In this document: positions 56,800 through 64,000 of the stretch, piece by piece | Numbering within the stretch: position 1 is the stretch's first letter | Layout: every line of letters begins with the position of its first letter | NCBI GenBank assembly: GCA_026396615.1 | Contig: JAPLWK010000010.1 | Location: 133,916 to 197,915 of the forward strand | Direction of reading: 5' to 3' | Source of the DNA: a candidate division WWE3 bacterium | Lineage (GTDB): Bacteria > Patescibacteriota > WWE3 > JAPLWK01 | Length of the DNA: 64,000 nucleotides | Made by a program: the position numbers and the translations under genes | The notes under the pieces: generated by a model | Database searches by the model: none | The model's input: only the letters and a program-made list of their open reading frames with translations | What the model was told of the DNA's origin: nothing

Positions 56800-56887
56800 G
56801 TTGAGGGCCGCATATATGCGGCCCCTAAGGTTTCTTCGGGATCTACTCGAAGTGGCGGCGTAGGGGATTGATATATCAAGCCTTTAA
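56800..56887. repeat. GTTG/GTAG REP-like palindromes
   Basis: gttgagggccgcatatatgcggccccta and gtaggggattgatatatcaagccttt. Confidence 0.6.
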
Positions 56888-56944
56888 GGCACATGGCTAT
56901 CTTCAGCCTTGACTCCACGACACGTTGTGATATACTGTACATAT

Positions 56945-57478
56945 ATGTACAGAATACAAGAACTGATGCTCCAAAATAGACCGTACTATCATACTCAGGA
57001 CTTAGCCGTTATTTGGGGCATTTCCAATAAAAACACTTTATATAAGACTATTAGCCGCTACTTAAAAAATGGCGTTTTGCGGTCGGTTTACAAAGGTTTT
57101 TACAACACGGTTCCTCTAGAGCAACTTGACCCTGTCGAGCTAGGACTGGCCTCTCTGCACACTTTCGCTTACTTAAGCACCGAGAGCGTTCTTGCCGCAG
57201 CTGGCGTCATCAATCAAAACCCCACTGCCATTACCCTGATTTCCTCAGTCTCTAAAAATTTCAAAATTGGTGATAATATTTATAAAGCGCGTCAGCTGAA
57301 GGGTCAAAATCTGTTTATCGACCTTGGTTTGGTAGATAAGAGTGGCTATTTTGTTGCTACTCCAGAGAGAGCAGCGGCGGATTTGCTATATTTTGATCCA
57401 AAATATTTTATCGACAATAAAGAACTGCTTAACTGGTCACAAGTGATCCAGATTAGAAAAGAGGTCTACGGATTATGA
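56945..57478 (+). CDS. AbiEi-like type IV TA antitoxin
   Basis: N-terminal wHTH, YLSTESVL..AGVI.Q, ATPERAAADLLY. Confidence 0.8.
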   Translation: MYRIQELMLQNRPYYHTQDLAVIWGISNKNTLYKTISRYLKNGVLRSVYKGFYNTVPLEQLDPVELGLASLHTFAYLSTESVLAAAGVINQNPTAITLISSVSKNFKIGDNIYKARQLKGQNLFIDLGLVDKSGYFVATPERAAADLLYFDPKYFIDNKELLNWSQVIQIRKEVYGL

Positions 57479-58215
57479 TGCCAATTTCTAAACCAGCTGA
57501 TGCTATCCACAAAGTCTGGCTGTATCGGGTCCTAACCGAGATCCTAGATAACACACTTCTCTCTCAACATCTCTATTTTAAAGGGGGTACATGCGCCTCA
57601 ATGATTGGATATCTCGATCGATTTTCGGTGGATTTGGACTTTGACTTGAAAGATGGAACTGCGAAAGCCGAGCTGCGTACCCAGATTTATAAAGTTGTCA
57701 AAACCTTGGGCTTGTCGATCAAGGATGAGAGTAAGAATGCTTTGCAATTTTTTCTAAAATACGAGGCCCCCACCGACTCTCGAAACACCCTTAAACTCGA
57801 TATAAACGATCTGGTTCCTCAAACCAATGATTATATAGCGAAGTCACTTATGGAGATTAATCGGACAGCTAATTGCCAGACAATCGAAACCATGTTTGCT
57901 AATAAACTGGTCGCTTCTTTGGAGCGTTTCGAGAAAACTCGGAGTGTTGCCGGTAGAGATATTTATGACATACATCATTTCTTTATGTCTGGTTATAAAT
58001 ACAAGCCAGAAATTATAAAGGAGCGGCGCGGCACGTCAGTCATTGATTTTATTAAAAATCTTCTAAGCTTTATTGAGATAGAAATCACGGAGACTGTGAT
58101 CGACCAGGATTTAAATTTATTACTGCCCCCGCTTAAATATAGGCAGTTAAGAAAGACTCTAAAGTCGGAAGTACTCGTCTTCCTGAAAGACGAGCTGACG
58201 CGACTCCAGCCTTAA
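57475..58215 (+). CDS. AbiEii-family nucleotidyltransferase toxin
   Basis: FKGGTC...RFSVDLDF, ANKL, GRDIYDI. Confidence 0.9.
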   Translation: MMPISKPADAIHKVWLYRVLTEILDNTLLSQHLYFKGGTCASMIGYLDRFSVDLDFDLKDGTAKAELRTQIYKVVKTLGLSIKDESKNALQFFLKYEAPTDSRNTLKLDINDLVPQTNDYIAKSLMEINRTANCQTIETMFANKLVASLERFEKTRSVAGRDIYDIHHFFMSGYKYKPEIIKERRGTSVIDFIKNLLSFIEIEITETVIDQDLNLLLPPLKYRQLRKTLKSEVLVFLKDELTRLQP

Positions 58216-58222
58216 CATAATT

Positions 58223-58280
58223 CGGGGGGAGGGGTGGTTTATTTGCAGCAATGCTTATAAATTTTACCTCCCGTTTTTTT
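58223..58280 (+). terminator. Intrinsic terminator; copy 2 of the 42-bp direct repeat
   Basis: 58237-58278 identical to 56742-56783. Confidence 0.75.
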
Positions 58281-58409
58281 GATTAGTTGCTTAGTGAACT
58301 CGGTGAATTTAGCAACTATCAATCCCGCCGTAGCTTCAACGAAGGCGGATGTTGGTTAACGTGCGAAAGATGATGTTTTCGTCTCAAATGATATATAATC
58401 AACATTGTT

Positions 58410-58580
58410 ATGACTAAAAATATGACACTGCGAAAAAATTACCAGAAATATCGAAAAAATAAGAAGTCTCATGCTTCAGCTTTAAGTTTTTTTAAGGCTT
58501 TCATGCCAGAAATGACTTTTAGGACCACTAAACTTGAGGGAGAACCTATAACCAGATCACTAATCAAACGAGTGTTTTAA
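58410..58580 (+). CDS. Small basic hypothetical protein (56 aa), not in the ORF track
   Basis: TATAAT upstream; MTKNMTLRKNYQKY...FRTTKLEGEPITRSLIKRVF. Confidence 0.55.
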   Translation: MTKNMTLRKNYQKYRKNKKSHASALSFFKAFMPEMTFRTTKLEGEPITRSLIKRVF

Positions 58581-58641
58581 ATTAAGACTACTTGTAGATA
58601 CTCTACCGGAATGAGTTTGGATTTAGTGCTAGAATTTATAC

Positions 58642-59106
58642 GTGCCTCAGGACTCTGATTACGAAACTTCGAAAGGTCTTGCTTACAAGAACTACAAAGA
58701 GACCCAGCAAATCTATTGTCCATATCTTAAAACTAAGATCTCTTTCAGCAGTGATGGATTTAGACATTTAGTTTATAAGGGTGGTGGAAAGAAACGTGAC
58801 GAAGAGTCTCAGCTAATGCGTTTTACACTTCTTGAAAAGGCTCGTGAAGTTTTAAGCATCACTACAACTCTTCAGGAGTATCAGTCAGAAAGTCGGGAAA
58901 TGCTAGTAGAGGAACACGAGCAGAAAGTCTCCAAAATTGTGACGGTTGTATACTTTGGTTTCATAGCAATTATTGAAAACTGGAAATTTAAAGTTATTGT
59001 TAAGCAAATCGGAAAGGGCAGACCATTCTTTTGGAGTGTGATTCCCAATTGGCGGACTAGAAATAAAGAACGAATAATGTTTAAAGGGAATTTGGAGGAA
59101 GGCTAA
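58642..59106 (+). CDS. Putative RelE/BECR-fold nuclease-like protein
   Basis: FSSDGFRHL...R...KVIVKQIGKGRPFFWSVIP pattern; leaderless GTG after TAGAAT. Confidence 0.5.
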   Translation: MPQDSDYETSKGLAYKNYKETQQIYCPYLKTKISFSSDGFRHLVYKGGGKKRDEESQLMRFTLLEKAREVLSITTTLQEYQSESREMLVEEHEQKVSKIVTVVYFGFIAIIENWKFKVIVKQIGKGRPFFWSVIPNWRTRNKERIMFKGNLEEG

Positions 59107-59166
59107 AAGGTGCCTGCTGCAGGTACTCCCTAAAAGGGGACCGACTGGAGCCGAAGCTCACAGGCA
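59105..59166 (-). ncRNA. Candidate ~60-nt structured sRNA convergent to the RelE-like ORF
   Basis: Minus-strand TTGATT-16-TATAAT with extended TG; TGCCTG/CAGGCA stem, cUUCGg hairpin, terminal U4. Confidence 0.5.
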
Positions 59167-59350
59167 ATGCTATTATAGCATTTTCTTAGAACAAATCAAC
59201 TACACTAAAAGCCTTTTTAAAAGCGTATTTTTGAGCTCACAGTTAAATATACGTTGGGTTATACCTTACACATATGTACAGAATAAATGAACTGAATAGA
59301 GTAAAATAGTGATTGACGTACTAATTTATTTGGTTTAATCTCTAATCACT

Positions 59351-59752
59351 ATGAAACATGGTTATTCTTCAAATCTAGAATCCCTAACTCTTCAAAACTC
59401 CAGTTTTAGACATGTTATTTATACTGCTAAGTACTGTCAACTGGTTTTGATGTCTCTGTTACCTGGTGAAGAAATTGGTTCCGAAGTTCATGAAGATGGC
59501 GATCAATTTTTCCGCTTTGAAAAAGGGGATGGTAAAGTCGTTATCAACGAAACAGAGTACATAGTTTCTGACGGATCAACGGCGATCGTTCCCGCCGGAG
59601 CTCAGCACAACGTCATCAACACATCATCTACGGAGCCTCTTAAACTCTACACTTTATATTGCCCACCTCATCACCAAGACGGCATTGAGCGCGTCACTAA
59701 AGCCGAAGCTGTGGCAGATGGTCCCGAGTTCGATGGCGTAACCTCCGAATAA
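59351..59752 (+). CDS. Cupin domain protein
   Basis: QLVLMSL.PGEEIGSEVH..DQFF, VPAGAQHNV, YCPPHH. Confidence 0.9.
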   Translation: MKHGYSSNLESLTLQNSSFRHVIYTAKYCQLVLMSLLPGEEIGSEVHEDGDQFFRFEKGDGKVVINETEYIVSDGSTAIVPAGAQHNVINTSSTEPLKLYTLYCPPHHQDGIERVTKAEAVADGPEFDGVTSE

Positions 59753-60985
59753 TTAGTCGACGAAAGTTAAAGCGGTACCTTTTTTTCCAGCTCTCCCGGT
59801 TCTTCCAATGCGGTGAATGTAATCCTCGTAAGTGGCGGGCAGGTCATAATTAATAACATGACTAATATTGTCAACATCAATGCCTCTTGATGCTAAATCA
59901 GTAGCCAGTAGAATATTAATGTCATTGCGTTTAAAACTATTTAAAATTTGTTGCCGCACCCCTTGCGATTTGTTGCCATGAAGCGCCCCCACCCGTAACC
60001 CTTTGAGCATTAAATGTTTGTGAATCTTATCAATCCCATTTTTAGTCCGACCAAAAACCAAGACTTTACTAAATTCCGAGGTTTGCAGTAAAGCACTTAA
60101 TTGCTCAATTTTAGTTTCTCGGTTAACTATTTTAATAATATTTTGCTCAATGTTGCTAAGGTTGTCACTCTTTTTAAGAGAGATAGTTAGCGGATTGCTT
60201 ACAAAACTATTAATAATCTCAGTCACTTTAGGCGGAAAAGTCGCTGAGAAGAATAAGGATTGCCTTACTTTAGGCAGCAGATTAATAAAATATTTAATAT
60301 CGTTAATAAAACCGATATCAACCATTAAATCCACCTCGTCTAAAATAAAGGTCGAAAAAGTGCTTAATTTAATGAAGCCGCGGTCTATTAAATCCTTAAG
60401 TCGGCCCGGAGTGGCAATAACTACTTGCGGATTTTGACGAAGTTCCGAAATTTGACGAAAAGAACTGGTGCCGCCCATAACGACAGTCGCATAAATCCGA
60501 GTATTCCAGCAAAAACTACGGAGCTCATCGCGAATTTGACAGGCTAATTCTCGAGTGGGAGCAACGATTAAGGCTCGGTCATTGGGATTTTTATAAAGTC
60601 TGTCGACAATTGGAATTAAAAAAGCGGCCGTTTTGCCCATACCGGTGTTAGTAACGCCGATTACGTCGCGACCGGCGATAATAGGTTCAATTGACTGATC
60701 TTGAATGGGGGTAGGAATTAAGTAGCCTTTACGTTTAATATTTTGCTTAACTACGTCAGAAATTGGAAAGTCGTTAAAACTGTGTGTAACCGGTACGTCA
60801 ACTGTTATTTTTTCGTCACTGGCTTTTTTAATAAAGATGTTAATATCAGCTGTTGCCAGCCGGCTCATTCCGGGGCGACCTTTGATTAGCCTACCATATC
60901 GAGGTTGTGATCCAAAATTATTACGACTGGAACCCGCAGAAGAACGGAACCGACCCGGTCCGTAGCTGCGAAACGCTTGCGCCAT
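59753..60985 (-). CDS. DEAD-box RNA helicase
   Basis: TPIQ Q-motif, TGMGKT, PTRELA, TPGR, DEVD, SAT, HRIGRTGR. Confidence 0.95.
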   Translation of the reverse strand: MAQAFRSYGPGRFRSSAGSSRNNFGSQPRYGRLIKGRPGMSRLATADINIFIKKASDEKITVDVPVTHSFNDFPISDVVKQNIKRKGYLIPTPIQDQSIEPIIAGRDVIGVTNTGMGKTAAFLIPIVDRLYKNPNDRALIVAPTRELACQIRDELRSFCWNTRIYATVVMGGTSSFRQISELRQNPQVVIATPGRLKDLIDRGFIKLSTFSTFILDEVDLMVDIGFINDIKYFINLLPKVRQSLFFSATFPPKVTEIINSFVSNPLTISLKKSDNLSNIEQNIIKIVNRETKIEQLSALLQTSEFSKVLVFGRTKNGIDKIHKHLMLKGLRVGALHGNKSQGVRQQILNSFKRNDINILLATDLASRGIDVDNISHVINYDLPATYEDYIHRIGRTGRAGKKGTALTFVD

Positions 60986-61153
60986 AAATTGTTTAATTGA
61001 AGAAGAAGGCTAAGAGTAGGACGGGATAGTATCTTAGAGGCTTTTAACAACGTTTAAGAGAGGTAAAAACCGATTATCTAAATCAACTTTATTATTATAG
61101 CACATTTAAGGCAACTCAGCCACTTCTCAGGTAGTATAATTATTCTACCAACT

Positions 61154-62569
61154 ATGAGCATTTCATTAAAAGCTAGAATTGCTAAAACGCCACTGTTTAT
61201 AAAGATCGGTGTTGCTGTATTTTTACTGGGACTGGGTTATTTTATTTATACTCGGGTTAAAGCTACCAAATCAAACGTACCGCAATACGTGACCGGCACT
61301 GTTACTAAAGGCACTTTGGTGGTGGCGGTAACCGGCTCCGGCAATATCTCTTCCGTAAACAGTGCGCAAATCAACACCTTAGTTTCGGGAACGGTGACTA
61401 AGGTTTACGTTAAAAACGGTGACACTGTTACTAAAGGCCAGGTTTTAGCCGACGTGGCTTTAGATACCGATAGCACTTTAAATTCAAGCAAAAACTGGAC
61501 TTCCTATCTATCCGCCAAAAACTCTTTGGTAAACGCTCAAATTAATAAAGTAAGTTTAGAGCAAGGCCAAGTGGCTGCTTCTAATAGTTTAGACACTGCA
61601 ACACAGTCCATCACGACTCTGGGGCAAGCGGTTTCCAATGCCGAAACGGCCTATACAACGGCGCAACAGAACTGGCAAGCGGTTGTTAATGATTCTCACG
61701 ATGATCCAAACCGTCAAAAGGCAGCGACAGCTCTTAGTGCCGCCGCGGCAGCTAAAGATGCCGCTATAGCCTCACGGGATAATTATAATCAGAATGTTGC
61801 CGCGTCTTCGCTTAGTAGTGACGTTGCCACTCAAAAATACGGCACGGCTGATGACGCTATTAGCTTGTCACAAGCCTCTTTATCGACCGCCTGGCTTACT
61901 TACCAACAATCATTACCGCAAATTACCGCCCCCACCGACGGCATTTTAAGCAACTTTAATTTATTACCTAACACCGCCATTTCCACTAGCACCAGTACTT
62001 CCGGCACTAAAAATTCCACTGTCGTTGGCTTTATTAACTTGCCGGCCAGCAGTTTACAGGCCAAAGTAAGTTTATCGGAAATTGACGTAGTGAAAGTAAT
62101 TCCGGGCCAAAAAGTCACTCTTACAATGGACGCATTTCCCGGGAAAACCTACACCGGTAGGGTTTTGGCTATTGATACGTCAGGTACTACCAGTTCCAAT
62201 GTCACCAGTTATCCAACCACGATTATTTTAGATTCAGGAGAGGCCAACATGTACCCCAATATGGCCGTGAATGCCAGTATCATCACCAGTATTGTTGACA
62301 ACGCTTTACTTATTCCCAACGGCGCTTTGCAAACAGCCAATGGCGCGACGACTGCCCGAATTTTGACAAACGGGCAACTTAATTCCGTCGCGGTCACCGT
62401 AGGCCTTAGTGATGGTACGGATACGGTCGTAACTACCGGTCTTAATGAAGGCGACAGCGTCGTGACCGGCATTGTTTCAGCAACGACCACGTCGGCTGCG
62501 TCCTCTAAATCTTCGATCTTTAGCACGCTTGGCGGGTCTCGCAGTGGCGCAGCTAGCTTTGGACGTTAA
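61154..62569 (+). CDS. MacA/HlyD-family efflux membrane fusion protein
   Basis: TM, SGTVTKVYVKNGDTV barrel-sandwich, coiled coil, ITAPTDG, GLNEGDSVV. Confidence 0.88.
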   Translation: MSISLKARIAKTPLFIKIGVAVFLLGLGYFIYTRVKATKSNVPQYVTGTVTKGTLVVAVTGSGNISSVNSAQINTLVSGTVTKVYVKNGDTVTKGQVLADVALDTDSTLNSSKNWTSYLSAKNSLVNAQINKVSLEQGQVAASNSLDTATQSITTLGQAVSNAETAYTTAQQNWQAVVNDSHDDPNRQKAATALSAAAAAKDAAIASRDNYNQNVAASSLSSDVATQKYGTADDAISLSQASLSTAWLTYQQSLPQITAPTDGILSNFNLLPNTAISTSTSTSGTKNSTVVGFINLPASSLQAKVSLSEIDVVKVIPGQKVTLTMDAFPGKTYTGRVLAIDTSGTTSSNVTSYPTTIILDSGEANMYPNMAVNASIITSIVDNALLIPNGALQTANGATTARILTNGQLNSVAVTVGLSDGTDTVVTTGLNEGDSVVTGIVSATTTSAASSKSSIFSTLGGSRSGAASFGR

Positions 62570-62580
62570 GTTTATGAACT

Positions 62581-63297
62581 ATGAAAAATCATCCTATCAT
62601 CAAAATTTCCAATTTATCTAAAATTTATAAAACTGATTTTTTAGAAACAGTTGCTCTCGATAAAGTGTCTCTCCAGGTTGATGCTGGAGAATTTGTGGCA
62701 ATTATGGGGCCTTCCGGTTCCGGTAAATCAACCTTAATGCACATAATTGGAGCGTTAGATAAACCAACTTCCGGTGAGTATATTTTGGATGGCGATAATG
62801 TTGAAAAGCTAAATGATGACGAATTGGCGGATATTAGGAACCGCAAAATAGGCTTTATTTTTCAGGCTTTTAATCTTTTACCACGAACGACCGCTCTCAA
62901 GAACGTCATGCTGCCAATGAAATACGCTGGAGTGCCAAAAGAAGAGCAGGAAATCAGGGCCAAGAAGTTTCTTGACCTAGTTGGTCTTTCCGATCGGCTA
63001 ACGCATACTACTAACCAACTTTCCGGTGGTCAGCAGCAGCGAGTGGCCATTGCCCGTTCTCTTGTTATGAATCCGGCCATACTCCTTGCAGATGAACCAA
63101 CCGGTAATATTGCCACAGCGCAAGCTGACGAGATCATGGCCATTTTTCAAGAGTTAAACGACGCCGGCCATACTATTGTAATGATTACGCACGAGCCGGA
63201 TATTGCCGAGCACGCTAAGCGTATCGTCCATATTAGGGACGGTCATATTGCCCTAGACTCTTCACAGCACCAACAACGGCAGGTAAAAAGGAGCTGA
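62581..63297 (+). CDS. MacB/LolD-type ABC ATP-binding protein
   Basis: GPSGSGKST, LSGGQQQRVAIAR, ADEPTGN, ITHE. Confidence 0.94.
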   Translation: MKNHPIIKISNLSKIYKTDFLETVALDKVSLQVDAGEFVAIMGPSGSGKSTLMHIIGALDKPTSGEYILDGDNVEKLNDDELADIRNRKIGFIFQAFNLLPRTTALKNVMLPMKYAGVPKEEQEIRAKKFLDLVGLSDRLTHTTNQLSGGQQQRVAIARSLVMNPAILLADEPTGNIATAQADEIMAIFQELNDAGHTIVMITHEPDIAEHAKRIVHIRDGHIALDSSQHQQRQVKRS

Positions 63298-63301
63298 TAC
63301 T

Positions 63302-64000
63302 ATGAATTTTTGGGATATTTTTATCGAAAGTTTATCCACGTTAACTTTAAATAAAACGAGGACAGCTTTGGCGATTTTGGGAATTGTCATAGGCATTGCC
63401 AGCGTTATCGCCTTAATCTCTTTGGGAGAGGGTACGTCTTCCGCTATTCAATCGCAAATCGAAGCTTTGGGCTCAAATCTTCTCTCGATATCACCTTCGT
63501 CTTCAGGTCAGGGGGCAGTGCGAGGGGGATTCGGTGGTGGCACTACACTTACTGTGGCCGATGCTACGGCCATCGCCAACTCATCTCAAGTAACCACAAT
63601 TTCAATGGTGTCACCGGAAGTTTCCAAGCGCGCCCAGGTAGTGACCGGTGGTAATAATACAAATACATCTGTTACCGGAGTGACTTCGTCCTACATCACG
63701 GTTCATAAGATATCAATTGCTTCCGGTCGTTTCATTAGTGATTATGACGAAGCTTCGATGGCTAAAGTGGCTGTGATTGGTCCTCAAGTGGTCTCTGATT
63801 TATTTGGAACGAACGACCCACTCGGGCAGTCAATTAGAATTAATAATCAGTCGTTAATTATTATTGGCGTGACGGTTAGTAAAGGCGGCACCGGCTTTTT
63901 GAATCAAGATGATAGTATTTACGTGCCTTTATCGACCGCTCAGAAACAGCTTTTCGGTCAAAGTTATTTAAATACGATATCAGTTGAAGCCAAAAGCGTT
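63302..64000 (+). CDS. MacB-type ABC permease (partial, runs off the window)
   Basis: NKTRTALAILGIVIGIASVIALISLGEG...LGSN N-terminus. Confidence 0.9.
   Translation, partial: MNFWDIFIESLSTLTLNKTRTALAILGIVIGIASVIALISLGEGTSSAIQSQIEALGSNLLSISPSSSGQGAVRGGFGGGTTLTVADATAIANSSQVTTISMVSPEVSKRAQVVTGGNNTNTSVTGVTSSYITVHKISIASGRFISDYDEASMAKVAVIGPQVVSDLFGTNDPLGQSIRINNQSLIIIGVTVSKGGTGFLNQDDSIYVPLSTAQKQLFGQSYLNTISVEAKSV

Noticed and set aside
3422-62846. Many antisense or alternative-frame ORFs in the ORF track (e.g. 3422..3964, 9146..9529, 17048..17440, 54382..54849, 62209..62526)
   Set aside because: They are shadows of well-supported genes, with no RBS or recognisable motifs.
1-64000. CRISPR array, retron or DGR
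   Set aside because: No regularly spaced 25-40 bp repeats with unique spacers, no cas genes and no reverse transcriptase motifs seen.

Overview
Chromosomal window from a small-genome bacterium, most likely Patescibacteria/CPR (Microgenomates- or WWE3-like; inferred from gene content, compact overlaps, many apparently leaderless genes and streamlined enzymes). TGA is used as a stop codon. Core content: four tRNAs, a two-component locus, a glycolysis/gluconeogenesis operon (pmm/pgm-fba-ppsA-eno-gpmA-pfkB), lexA-uvrB-uvrA-uvrC, secG, rarA, a frameshifted dinB, dus, ABC exporters, an ApbE/FMN-binding/RnfD-like flavinylation cluster and a DEAD-box helicase. Main points of interest: (1) a ~9.1 kb serine-recombinase element integrated in rarA that supplies a replacement rarA 3' end, has a reconstructable attP, and places an AlbA_2/Schlafen gene behind the apparently LexA-controlled rarA promoter; (2) a ~5 kb ORFan operon (51.8-56.8 kb) with rRNA-operon-like control: tandem strong promoters, repeated boxA-like motifs, a ~1 kb hairpin-rich leader, and homologous 24-25 bp hairpins before the RBSs; (3) a TTCGT-N6-TTCG(T/G) SOS box at lexA, rarA and dinB; (4) a RelE-like ORF facing a convergently transcribed ~60-nt structured RNA; (5) a leader-peptide attenuator before a GNAT gene; (6) an AbiE pair flanked by a 42-bp direct repeat; (7) several deletion relics and three palindromic repeat families. 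All protein family calls come from motif recognition by eye, not database searches.
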